Positions 12,370 through 25,054 of a stretch of DNA of 64,000 bases are shown one piece after another. Position 1 is the first letter of the stretch. Every line of letters starts with the position of its first letter. Source of the DNA: Octopus sinensis (taxonomy: Eukaryota); assembly GCF_006345805.1 (NCBI RefSeq), contig NC_043022.1, positions 8,060,001 through 8,124,000 of the forward strand, written 5' to 3'. Position numbers and translations under genes: made by a program. The notes beneath the pieces are model-generated. The model worked only from the letters and a program-made list of their open reading frames with translations. It did not search any database and had not been told where the DNA came from.

Positions 12370-12407
<38 letters not shown>

Positions 12408-13139
12408 AATAATATATACATGTAAATTTAAATTTAAAATAATGAGGGTGAAAAATTGAATATTAATTTGATTAATATGAATTGAAAACCAGTGGTGTAG
12501 CATATAAGACCTTGTGTGCTATCTTAATATAGGATAAAAAGAAATGCAAAGGTAGAATACCTAATAAATGCCCTTTAAATGGTTATATTCTCGATGTATA
12601 ACATGGTATGTAAATATACCATACATAATAGACAACAAAATTCTACTGAAATGTAAATAAGATCTTCCTTTGACTTTAAGAGATAATTTTTATCCTACAT
12701 TAGTTAATTTTCTTCGGCAAAACACAAAAGTTACACTTCATTAGCTAATTATTTACTCTATCTTAAGAAAAATGCCTTACAATATTATGTGGTCCATTAT
12801 TAAATATGGAAGCTTATGTCAAAGTGACTGAACTCCATGCAACCTTTGCAGCAAAGTATGAACTGAGATTTTAAGAAGGAAGCCCCAGCATCTTCCAAAC
12901 CACCTGAGTGAAACCATCACATTTTGCAGGCATCGTTTCTTAAATGTTTTTCTATTTTCTTTATCATAGATCGATATGTTCCACCTGACTTAGAGACTTA
13001 TTTACTTTTACTTCTTCTTTTATATCCACCTGGCTTTTCTAATTCTTTGACTTTACCCTTAGGAGAATCTGACATCAGACCTTATAAGTAAATATGTTTC
13101 TGTCCTTCAGATTTTATTTAAATGATTATTTACGTCATT

Positions 13140-13487
13140 ATATGACAGGACTCCAAATTTGCCATCAAGATGTAGGACAAGATACTGTGATAGCCTGGGC
13201 TTCACAGGTCCACAGCTCTTCAATATCCTCCCAAAGGACCTGAGAGACCTGCATGGGGTGGATGCAGATGTCTTTAAAATAAAACTGGATCTCTTCCTGT
13301 CAGGTGTCCCAGATGAACCAACTTCATGGCAGGAGGTGCAGATGAGGGCAGCTGCATCGAACTCTCTCATGCACCAAATGGCAATTGCTAAAAAGCATTC
13401 GTGAAGTAAAATCATGTAGCAACACTGAATGGCAGTGCCCCAGCATGGCCACAGCTCGTGAGATGAAACTAGATAAGATAAGATAAA
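13140..13487 (+). pseudogene. CR1/L2-type LINE 3' fragment (ORF2 C-terminus, 3' UTR, tail)
   Basis: ORF 13159-13404 GPQLFNILPKDLRDLHGVDADVFKIKLDLFLSGVPDEP...RAAASNSL is typical of a CR1/L2 ORF2 end; ends with cagctc-gt-gagatg stem-loop and (agata)n. Confidence 0.8.
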
Positions 13488-13639
13488 ACTTCTAGCCTCT
13501 ATTTTACCCCACCCCTAACCTGATTGCCTTTTCCTCTCATTTGTATTTGTATCCTATTCTCAATGTTCTAATGATGCCGTCACACCTTTGCATGCGTAGA
13601 TAATTTTTAGCATCTTAACATTCAGACATTCAGACAGAC

Positions 13640-14245
13640 TTGCACTGAACTGCAGATCAGTCTGCTTTCCTATCTTTTCTCCTAATTGCTTTAAGGGTTC
13701 TTTGATATCTGACCTCACCACATATTCTCCCAACTCCATACACTCTGCCACATCACTTTATTGTCTTTGAAAGACGAATGATAATTCATCAGAGAAGATG
13801 ACATTGTTTCATTGTGATCATCTAGACATCATTTTTACCCTTTATATATACTGATGGGGGATGGAAGAGATTTAGTAATTGCAGCCAACCCATAGAACCC
13901 AGCTTTATAGAGCTCACAATGAATAGTTTTTGCGATCACAGGGTTAGCAAGATGGTAGTTTAGTGCTCCTGTTACATTTACTGCCAGAGTTTGATGGGCT
14001 TTTGACACAACACATTTCATTATTCTGTGGTCCCTGTCTTTGAGCTTTGCCTTCCATTCTGAATTCTGTTTGCCAGAGCTGGGTTTTGCCTTTGGTTTTG
14101 GAACACCACCATGATTTTAGAGACTGTACTTCATGAAATATTAAAAAATTCAGCAGTTTTAGTGATTGATGTTCCACTTATTTGTGGTCTAAAAATTTGA
14201 CCTCTTAGGAAATCAGACCAGCCTTGCATTTCAATAGACCTATCT
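13640..14245 (-). pseudogene. Degraded Tc1-like transposase
   Basis: SDFLRGQIF..GTSITKTAEFFNIS (paired-like HTH), KTIHCELYKAGFYGLAAITK and NVIFSDE motifs across frames. Confidence 0.85.
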
Positions 14246-14357
14246 GCAAAAAGAAAAGGAAAAACAGAGGGCAATATCATGAAGCACAAACCATTGGTGA
14301 TACATATAAACACATAGAGACAGACGAAAACAGTTTTTAATTAATCATGTTCTTTTC

Positions 14358-14565
14358 TATTCTAGGCACAAAGCCCGAAATTTTGGGGGAGGGAGCCAAT
14401 CGATTAGATCGACCCCAGTATGCAACTGGTACTTGATTTATTGACCCTGAAAGGATGAAAGGCAAAGTTGACCTCGGCGGAATTTGAACTCAGAACGTAA
14501 AGACAGACAAAATACCACTAAGCATTTCACCTGCCAAGCTAACATTTCTGCCAGCTTGTTACCTT
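14358..14565 (-). mobile_element. SINE family B (B2 tail)
   Basis: gaccctgaaaggatgaaaggcaaagttgacctcggcggaatttgaactcagaacg; ctaggcacaaagcccgaaatttt tail. Confidence 0.85.
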
Positions 14566-14924
14566 TTTTAATTAATCATATTGCCAATAGCAAAGATAGT
14601 CAAGTAAAAAGTGGCATTTCCATTATTTTGTCCAAGCTCTGCATATAAATTTGAATTCAAATTTCCAATGGCTGAGGATTAGCATCACATTTTGAAACTT
14701 GAAGTACCATGGAATTTGAATCAAACTCTTTTGATCCATACATGTGACTCCCAATAAATGTCTTGAGTGCCCTTCTTTATATGTATATACATATGAGAGG
14801 TATTGATATCCAGATGACCCAAGATGGCAAGTAAGGCTATGTAGGTGCTACAGGAGGACCGTAGTTAGACTCTCGGTTCAATAATAATATGAGTGAGGAG
14901 TCTAATGTGGGTCTTGTGTGAGCA

Positions 14925-15170
14925 TGCATATGTTAAATAAAATGAGACAACAAAGCTAAGGCTGTGTGGAATTTATAAAGTGAAAGGTAGTCTTACAGCT
15001 GTTTCTGGGATATTAGGGGTTTCCCGTCATCAGAGACGATATGAAAGAGTTAACTAGAGGGAAATAGTAGAGTTCAATATAAGGAGTTACTTTGGAAAAG
15101 AATGGATATAGGAAGTATGAAGGGAAATAAGAGAATAAAGATAAAATTTAAAATATATGTAGGATGGAAA
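14925..15170 (-). mobile_element. PLE-like terminal repeat (ACAGCUGU family)
   Basis: Homologous to 57480-57710; contains an HHR. Confidence 0.65.
14990..15037 (-). ncRNA. Minimal type I hammerhead ribozyme
   Basis: GUCU CUGAUGA C GGGA(11 nt)UCCC A GAA ACAGCUGU A^AGAC; perfect 8-nt palindrome as stem III, GUA triplet. Confidence 0.65.
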
Positions 15171-15178
15171 GTGCTTTC

Positions 15179-15340
15179 AGAGTGGTTGGCGTTAGGAAGG
15201 GAATCCAGCTGTAGAAACTCTGCCAGATCAGGTTGGAGCCTGGTGTAGCCTTCTGGCTCGCCAGTCCTCAGTCAAACCATCCAACCCATGCCAGCATGGA
15301 AAGCAAACGTTAAACAATGATGAGGATGATGATGATGAGG
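15179..15340 (+). mobile_element. Solo RTE 3' tail
   Basis: gagtggttggcgttaggaagggaatccagctgtagaaac...catggaaagcaaacgttaaacaatgatg. Confidence 0.85.
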
Positions 15341-15421
15341 ATATATACATACATACACACACACACACACACAAACACATACACAAACATAGAGATACAT
15401 ACACACACAATATATATATAT

Positions 15422-15708
15422 CAGGTTCAGTGGCATCTTGGGCAAGTGTCTTCTACTATAGCTTCAGGCTGACCAAAGCCTTGTGAGTGGATTTGGTGGG
15501 CGGCAACTGAAAGAAGCCTGGGTTTGTCCCCCCAACATCACTTGACAATCGATGTTGGTGTGTTTATGTCCCCATAACTTAGCAATGCAGCAAAAGGGAC
15601 CGATAGAATAAATACTAAGCTTACAAAGAATAAGTCCTGGGGTCGATTTGTTCAACTAAAGCGGTGCTCCAGCATGGCTGCAGTCAAATGACTGAAACAA
15701 ATAAAATA
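15422..15708 (+). mobile_element. SINE family A, internally deleted
   Basis: cttgggcaagtgtcttctactatagc...cagtcaaatgactgaaacaaataaaa. Confidence 0.85.
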
Positions 15709-16455
15709 ATATATATATATATATGTACATATGTGATGGTCAGTCCCATCGATTTCGCCATATACATGTGTATATATATGTGCATGTACACACATACACA
15801 CACACACATGTATATATGTATATATATATATATTGATATATGTATACAGGGATATGTACAACAAATTATTGATACTTTCATTTTTGTTTATTGTTTTCAT
15901 TGACATATTTATAATTAATTCTAATTTAATTTATATTCTTATTTCAATATGTAACTTAAGAATAATTGGTTTCCTCGTTTTTATCCTCTTCTATCATATA
16001 ACCCCATAAACCTTTGAAATTTTTTCCAAACCCTTTTAGTAATTATTATAATAACTATTTTCTTCATTGTATCTTCATTTTTTAAAATTTCTTAATTCCT
16101 TACTATTTAAATTCTTGAATATTTACTCATTGATTTTTGTATCTGTGTTCTAACTATAATCTTAGATTTAGCAGATTGAGTTAAATACAGCCAAGTTTGA
16201 GATGCTTCCTATTCAAATAAATGAAGATAAACAGAAATACAGACTGTATAGATTAATAAAGAAAAAATGTGCAGAAAAACTAGCAAACATATAACCAGAA
16301 AGATCTAGGTAATTATCTAGATAGATATATAGATATATGCACAGCTATGTGTGTGTGTGTGTGTGTGTGTAAATAAATAAAAAGGTATATGGAAAGAACT
16401 ATTAAAATGAGATTATGGATGGTATATCTATCTGTTTGTTGAGCTATCTGTCTAT

Positions 16456-16765
<310 letters not shown>

Positions 16766-16844
16766 ATTAGGGCTTAGTAAAATAAATTACTTTGCCACAT
16801 ACTGAACTTAGTAGAAATAATATATAATATAGAAATTAATATAG

Positions 16845-16900
<56 letters not shown>

Positions 16901-16903
<3 letters not shown>

Positions 16904-17423
16904 TCAGGTGGTGCATAATTATTGTGGCTTTCTTTCAACAAATTTTATTCAACAAAAACAATAACAATATTTAAAAAGAACAATAATTAAGGTAAAAAAA
17001 GGCGGCGAACTGGCAGAAGCATTAGCACACCGGGCAAAATGCTTAGCGGTATTTCATCTACTGTTACATTCTGAGTTCAAATTCCACCGAGGTCGACTTT
17101 GCCTTTCATCCTTTTGGGGTCAATTAAATAAGTAACAGTTACGCACTGGGGTTGATGTAATCGACTTAATCCCTTTGCCTGTCCTTGTTTGTCCCCTCTA
17201 TGTTTAGTCCCTTGTGGGCAATAAAGAAATAAATATTTTCACAAAAACATCTTTAAATGACGGTCTGACTGTCTGCCAAGCAAATGGGAAGCAGTAATTG
17301 AAGTAGATGGTGAATATGCTCCGGAATAATCATTTAAAGATGTTTTTGTTACATGTTGTTATTTGTTTTTGTTGAATAAAATTTGTTGAAAAAAAGCCGC
17401 AATAATTGTGCACCAGCCCAATA
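16901..17423 (+). mobile_element. Non-autonomous mariner (MITE) with an inserted SINE B
   Basis: TIRs tattcaggtggtgcataattattgtggcttt / aaagccgcaataattgtgcaccagcccaata; retains the transposase C-terminus LPSKWEAVIEVDGEYAPE*. Confidence 0.85.
17001..17231 (+). mobile_element. SINE family B (B1), full length
   Basis: ggcggcgaactggcagaagc head, gagttcaaattcc B box, gtcgactttgcctttcatcc central block, ccttgtgggcaataaagaaata tail. Confidence 0.9.
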
Positions 17424-18127
17424 TATGCATACTCATACACACACACACACACACACACACACATAAATATATAGATAGATATACAGACAGACTGGCTGAC
17501 AGACCGACAGACAGACAGATAGGTAGTTAGACAATGAAAAGGATTGGCAGATATAGATTGATACATAGACAACTGAAGTGTAGATAAATATCGAGGGTGT
17601 CAGTCAAATAGGTAAGAAGACTTGCAAGTTTATGGATAGTTGTAGATTGATATGTGGATGTATATGTGTGAAAATGAGCACCAATATGTGTGTTATTTTT
17701 GTGTATGTGTGACTAAACTCTAAACAATAATACAATTTTGCATGAAGCCAAACAAAATCTTCCAACATTAACTTTCCATCAATCCACTTCCTAAAGTATA
17801 CTCTCCTCCTCTCCTCTCCCATCCTCTTCCTACACAGCTATTTCTTAGACCTACATACACCACATTTATTTATCGTTTCACCTAATACCACCTGCCCCAG
17901 TAAAACAACATGCCAAAGACTTCATAAAGCCAAAAGCCAAGTGCAGCACAGTCTGATGAAGGGTGGCAGACTGAAAGTCATTGTCATCATTCACCGTTCT
18001 TGAATAAGCTTCCCAAACGTGCCCTCTATTGTGAAGTATTGTGTAAAATTTCAGTTTGATGTTGAATTCTTTTTATAATAACTTGACATAAAAACAATCA
18101 GGAATACATACACACACAAACATACAT

Positions 18128-18175
<48 letters not shown>

Positions 18176-18385
18176 ACACACACATATAACTCATTTGTTT
18201 TCATATTTCATGTTGCTTACTGTTGGTGACATCCTGTACCCATATATATATATGTATATATATATGTATATGTGTATATGTATATATATATATATATCAA
18301 TATTAATAATACAGTGATTGTTTCTTGTCAGGAACAAAAGGATTAATAGGACTGCTATAGAATTGCTCTATTGAAAGAGACAAAA

Positions 18386-18805
18386 ATATCAAACTAAAAT
18401 TATTGAACAAACAAATGCAAGGTCATCCGAATATCATTTCATAATTCAAACATTTAATCATATTTTTATCCGACAATACATGTAGGTCGGGAGACGATTT
18501 CATAGACGATATCTTCTGAGATATCTTATGAAATGATATGCGGATAACCTTGCATTTGTTTGTTCAATAATTTTAGTTTGATATATATATATATACTTGC
18601 ATGTATATTCACCATGATAGATCGCTAGCCACTACACATTCTTTTAGTTTCTCTCCTTGTTTCTTTCTGTGTTCCTTTCTATGGAAGAGCCTAGGTTTGA
18701 AACGCTTAAGACTTTTTCACTTCCTGAGCGTTATACTTAATACATCTGTTTGTTGTCTATGCCACCTGTCTTCGTCTTTTGTTTTTTTGTGAATTCTCCC
18801 TATAT
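18386..18805 (+). mobile_element. PLE-like terminal repeat (GAGCGUAGGCUC family) preceded by an inverted segment
   Basis: 18600-18805 homologous to 58405-58575 and 50920-51105 (minus); 59-bp inverted repeat 18386-18444 / 18526-18584; decayed HHR ctatggaagagcctaggtttgaaacg. Confidence 0.7.
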
Positions 18806-19025
18806 ATATATATCTATATATATATATGCATATATATATTATTTATATTATATATTCATATATATATATATTTACTTGCATATGCATAGACTGATTGAAG
18901 TGGTATATACTAAAAAAGAAAGGAGGTAGTCAAGATTTTAGATAAAAAACTCTATTGAGGGCTGTTATCTTTTGGAAGCTTGGTTAGAGAAAGAAGAAGA
19001 ATAAAAGAAAGGAAGAAAAACAGGA

Positions 19026-19057
<32 letters not shown>

Positions 19058-19074
19058 GTATATATATATATATA

Positions 19075-19712
19075 GGTGCCAGTGTGGCTGTGTGGTAAAA
19101 AGCTTGCTTCCCAACCTTATGGTTCCAGGTTCAGTCCAACTAAAGCTTGTGAATGGATTTGTGTGATGGAAACTGAAAGAAGCCTGTTGTGTATGTACAT
19201 ATATATACATATATATATATATATATGCAATAAAGGGTGGAATGTATAGGAAATATTATATTGACAAGGAAATGAACCTTCGGTTCTAATCCAGAAACGA
19301 GTCGTCTATAATTAATCCACAGGCTGGGTTTTCGTTATTTTCTGCCTTTTTTGCCATATACAGCTTACAAATTCTGTTTGTTTGTGGAGACTTTTTACTA
19401 GTGGAGGAAATAGTGACCAATTTTGGCTGCTATTTCTAATATTTTCGGTATGTGGTTTTGAGCAACTTGTTGCATTTAACCCTTAATTATAAATATATAT
19501 GTATATATACAGGCAAGTGTGTGTGTGAGTCTTTGATCTGTGTTTGCCCCACCACCATTGCTTGGTAACTGATGTTGGTGTGTTTATGTTGCAGTAACTT
19601 TATGGTTCAGTAAAAAAAAGGATACTGATACTAGGGCTTACAAAGAAGCTTTTAAAGTGGTGCTCCAGCAGGGTGGCAGTCAAATGACTGAAACAAATAA
19701 AAGAATAAAAGA
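19075..19712 (+). mobile_element. SINE family A split by an HHR-bearing insert in its internal microsatellite
   Basis: Head gtggctgtgtggtaaaaagcttgcttcccaacc 19075-19195; 3' half 19525-19712; insert 19245-19495. Confidence 0.7.
19255..19312 (+). ncRNA. Type I hammerhead ribozyme, second U3:A8 family
   Basis: AUUAUA UUGACAA GGA AAU GAACC UUC GGUUC UAA UCC A GAA ACG AGU CGU C^UAUAAU; 6-bp stem I, 3-bp stem III, GUC triplet, predicted cut after 19306. Confidence 0.65.
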
Positions 19713-19842
19713 ACACACACACACACACGAACACATATACGCACACACACAGAAACATATATATATATTTGTACATACATAGATGGAGTCATTTGTGTAG
19801 ATGTGAGAATAGATAAGTGTTTGCATTGTATATATGTATGCA

Positions 19843-19894
<52 letters not shown>

Positions 19895-20394
19895 CCACCT
19901 ATGCCAGCATGGAAAGTGGACGTTAAATGATGATGATGATGATGATGTATATATGTATGCATGTGTGTGTATATATAAATATGAGTATGCCTAAGCTTCT
20001 GTGTATATATGCAATGTGTCATGCATGTATATATGCGCTGATATATATATATGTAGCCGAGGAACTCAACAGACAGGTTCATTGACAAACACATAAAATA
20101 TGACTAACAGACAAATTTATATATGGATATATATGTGTGTGTGTGTATACATGCATTTATATATGTATATCTATATAGACATACGTAAAGACAGGTGACC
20201 AAATAAAAGAAAACATTACTCAATACAGTTAATTGGAGTTCATTATCATGGTTTTAATGCCCATGATTCCATGCTTGCATGGACGAGATGAAATTTGTTC
20301 CGGCAGATTTTCTATGACCAGACATATTTTCCACAGAAGACTGGAAATCATATGACAATGATGCTCATTTACAATCATCACTGGTATACATGTA

Positions 20395-20580
20395 CTATAT
20401 CATCATCATTGTTTGATATCTGCTTTCCATGCTGGCATGGGTTGGCTGGTTTGACATGGAGCCTGGCCAGACTCCAAATGTCTGTTGTGGCATGGTTTCT
20501 ATGGCTGGATGCCCTTCCTAACACCTGCCATGCAATGGAGTGTGCCAGGTGCTTTCTATGTGCCACCAGCATGGGTGCGT
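20395..20580 (-). mobile_element. Solo RTE 3' tail, diverged
   Basis: catcatcattgtttgatatctgctttccatgctggcatggg...ggatgcccttcctaacac. Confidence 0.75.
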
Positions 20581-20644
20581 TTATGTAGCATGTATCCAAT
20601 AATAAACAGGCATATAATAATTTATAATTTCAATTATTCTATCA

Positions 20645-21285
20645 AGCATGGCTGTGTGGTAAGAAGCTTGCTTCCCAACCAAGTGGTTCTGAGTTCAGTT
20701 CCAAGTGTCTTCTCCTATAACCTCAGGTTGAACAATATCTTGTGAGTGGATTTGATAGATGGAAAAAGAAGCCTTTTCTGTGTGTGTATACAGGGTGTGA
20801 TGGGTAAATTGTTGCTATTTTATATTTTTAATTTCATGCATGTGAATTGTTTGTTTTTGATTTTGGTGACTACATAGTATAGTAGGGTCAGTCGGACACC
20901 ATCTGTGAGAAAAACAGTATCATCATGCAATTCCCTCTGCCAGAGATTTGGAAATGCCATGCTGTACTGCTTGGCATTTGTACCAGAAACACCAATGCAA
21001 ACATTTCAGAGTGTTTGAGTGTCAATCTGTGGACAGTACAATACGAGGACATGTACCATGTGTGTGTCATTGTGTCTGTGTTTATCCCCACCACCACTTG
21101 ACAACTGCTGTTGGTGTGCTTACATCCCTGTAACTTAGCAGTTCAGTTAAAGAGATTATAGAATAAGTATCAAACTTGTAAAAAATAAGAAGAGGGGGTT
21201 GATTCATTTGACTAAATTCTTCAAAATGGTGCCCCAGCATGGCCACACAGTCTAATGATTGAAACAAGTAAAAGATAAAAGTTAA
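20645..21285 (+). mobile_element. SINE A split by a Tc1/mariner-type end
   Basis: SINE head 20645-20780, TA-CAGGGTG terminus at 20789, SINE 3' half 21065-21285. Confidence 0.6.
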
Positions 21286-21303
21286 TATTAAAAAATTCTA
21301 CTT

Positions 21304-21765
21304 AGGCACAGGTGTGTTTGTGTAGTAAGAAGTTTGTTTCTCAACCACATGGTTCCAGGTTCAGTCCCACTGTGTGGCACTTTGGGCAAGTGCCTTCTAC
21401 TATAGCCCTAAGCTGACCAAAACCTTGTGAGTGGATTTGGCACATGGAAACTAAAAGAAACCCATTTCATATGTATGTATGTAGAGAGAGACATACTCAT
21501 ACACACACACACACACACACACACATGTATGTATGTCTGTGTGTGTGTCTTTGTATTTGTATGTGTTCTTCTCACTGCTTGACAACTGATGTTGGTTTGT
21601 TTACATCCCCAGAAGTCAGTGGTTCAGTAAAAATTGAAATAAGTAGCATGCTTAAAAAATAAAACAGGTACCTTGATTGATTTTTTCTTTTCAACTAAAC
21701 CCTTCAATGTGATGCCCCAGCATGGCCGAAGTCTAGTGACTGAAGCAATTAAAAAACAAGGGATA
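21304..21765 (+). mobile_element. SINE family A, near full length, diverged
   Basis: aggcacaggtgtg...caggttcagtcccactgtgtggcactttgggcaagtg...ccccagcatggccgaagtctagtgactgaagc. Confidence 0.85.
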
Positions 21766-22508
21766 AAAAAATTTTTGTTGAACAATTTACAAGAATTTTT
21801 TTCTCTTCTTGAAAGAAAAAAAAACTCACTGAAAAAACAAGTTTTTAAACATAGCTGAGATGCTAAAAGAAATAACAGTACATTGAGTTATGTCCCTTTA
21901 CATCTGAATCTTAACACTTGAGAGAATATCCAGAGCTTTGCAAACTAACTGCAGTATAGTGTGTTATAAGAAAAATTCTTCCACTGCTATCAAACAAATA
22001 CCAATATTTTTTTTCCATAAAACAATAAATGAGAAACATTTTGAAAGACTATTTTCACATTAAGTATTGTAAAACATGTAAATTGTTTTCAAACGGACAA
22101 TCTTTTATAAGTGATAATTTATGTACGCTTGCTACGTTGTTTTACTTTCAAATATTGCGGTGAAACTGAAAAAAAAAATGTAAACAAGTAATTTACAAGG
22201 CTTCTAAAGAGTAAAAATTTCTTTAAAATAGTTATAATTCACTGTCTTGACGAAAACATACGATTTTAATGCACGGAGAATGATTTTAAGGTAACAAAAA
22301 TTGCGCCAAAAAAAAAAAATTGTTTTAATATGCTTGAAAGGAGAGAAATATAAAACAACATATTTATCTGACTATCATTCTATCTGAGCATGCTTATATC
22401 AATCAATCTATCAATCAATCAAACTATTTAGCTATATAACCACCTACATAGGCACACGTATATATATATATATATGTATATGTATATATATATATATGTA
22501 TATATATG

Positions 22509-22626
<118 letters not shown>

Positions 22627-22681
22627 TGTATATGTATATATATATATATGTATATATATGTATATATATATGTGTATGTAT

Positions 22682-22713
<32 letters not shown>

Positions 22714-22762
22714 GTATATATATGTATATATATGTATATATATATATATATGTATATATATG

Positions 22763-22798
<36 letters not shown>

Positions 22799-22838
22799 TG
22801 TATATATATGTATATATATATATATATGTATATATATG

Positions 22839-22869
<31 letters not shown>

Positions 22870-23067
22870 GTATATATACGCACACATATATATACATACA
22901 TGTATGTACATAAGAATATATATATGTGTATGTACATACATACATACATACATATATATATATACGTATGTATGTACGTACACACATATATATACATGCA
23001 TGTATGTACATAAGAATATATATTTGTTTACGTACATACATACATACATACATACTTACAAACTTAC

Positions 23068-23105
<38 letters not shown>

Positions 23106-23127
23106 GTATGTATGCAGATGTACATCA

Positions 23128-23185
23128 GCATGGCTACAGCAGTGCATCAGCATGGCCGCAGCTCTGAGCTGAAACTACAGAGAAA
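23128..23185 (+). mobile_element. CR1/L2 extreme 3' end fragment
   Basis: cagcatggccgcagctctgagctgaaactac matches the LINE end at 13435-13475. Confidence 0.65.
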
Positions 23186-24429
23186 AAAAATATATATATA
23201 TAAGCACATGCATACATATATATATTTGTATATATATATACATATATATACCAGAGCAAGCATGGACAAGTGCATGTTAAAAGATGATGATGATATACAT
23301 ATGTCCATTCATATATGTATGTATGTGTGCGTGAGTATGTGCATGTATTGATGTGTATATATATATATATGTGTGTGTGTATATATATATATGAAAACGC
23401 CTATATACACCATTTAACTCGGTACACACACCACACACTCACACACACACTTGCTTCTTCCCACTCCACACACACAAGCACCCAACACCTCCAAACCCTT
23501 AACTCCCATCACCCTTAACCCACCTCAAACCTCCATGCTCCCCCCACCCCACAATACGCACATTTATGCCAGATGGCCTCAAATATACATACAAGCTCCC
23601 TAACACACATGCACATATGCACAAACAGAAAACATCACACACACATCAACTGCACATACACTTTATCTAACAACCTCATTCATACGCACACAACTAGCAA
23701 CTGACTACATTCACTCACATACATGCACACACAAGTGCTTATACACACACAAGTGCTTATACACACACAAGTGCTTATACACACACACAATATTCATGCA
23801 TAAACACACACACACACACAACACACATAAGCACACAACACACATAAACACATATATTATTTTCATGCATAAGCACACGTGATGCACATATGCACTATAG
23901 TGTCGAATACACACACTTGATGCACAAACACACACTGCATGCACACACATACACACTACTCACACATTAGCTACTACACACGTGCATTTACACACACATG
24001 CATTTACACACACATGTGTTTATACACACATGCATTTATAGATACATGTGTTTACACACACACATACACACACACCCACATCTAATAGCTTGTGTATATA
24101 TGTGCATACTATACGCAGTCTCATGCACATATACTATACATAGCCTCCCACCCTCTCACATATATAGACATGTCTCCAGGCACACACACACACACATACA
24201 TATATGGAACATACATCACTCCACACAATGTGTGTACTTGTTTGCATATATACATACACACACACACACACTTGCTCCCACACATGCACACACAGGCTCA
24301 CGTAATCTTATACTCTCCTACGCATACATATACATGTGCTCACCCCACCACACATACACACTCACACACAACATCCTCACATACACACATGTGCTTGCAC
24401 ACCCTAGTTTAGTGGGGTTACTGTTATCT

Positions 24430-24650
24430 CTCCTTCCATTGGCCTCAACCTTCTGGTCACTTCAGTATGTGGAACTGTAAATTCTGGTACATTTTTCTCT
24501 CTCCATTTTTTTCCTCTCATTCCTTTCTGATGAAGAGCATAGGCTCAAAACATTAAAGACGTTTCTGTTTTTCCTGAACATCAAACTAATACACTTGTTT
24601 GTTGTTCCTACACCTGTCTCTGTTTTGTGTTTTTTGTACATTTGAATCAC
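24430..24650 (+). mobile_element. PLE-like terminal repeat with a decayed minimal HHR
   Basis: cttt CTGATGA A GAGC ATAG GCTC AAAAC ATT aaag at 24523-24558 (G12 and G16.2 mutated); downstream matches 52715-52890. Confidence 0.65.
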
Positions 24651-25054
24651 GTAGATATGTATGAATCACATATATATGTATATATGTAAGAATGTATGTA
24701 TGTATGTCATTGTTCAGTTTTAGTTCAAGATTTCTTGCCAATAGAGAAAGAGCCAGTTTCTAACCTAGATTCAAGGCTCCTTTATCGGAATTTCAACATC
24801 AACAACAGGATATTTTTGTTTGTATGTATATATGTTTGTATGTATGTATGTATGCAGATTTGTATGTTTTGCTTTATGTATATATCCTCATGCATGTAGT
24901 TGCTTATCTAGATATACTCATATATATTTAAACTAGTATTTAGCTACAAGTCCTGTATTCAGTCTCTTTGAACTTGTTAATGTGCAACTTATATTTCATT
25001 GCATAGCACATAACAATAACATACACCATATGTAGGTATGTGTGTGTATGTATG

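Noticed and set aside
17950-17990. CTGATGAAGGGTGGCAGACTGAAAGTC as an HHR
   Set aside because: Stem II and stem III do not pair convincingly; at most a decayed relic.
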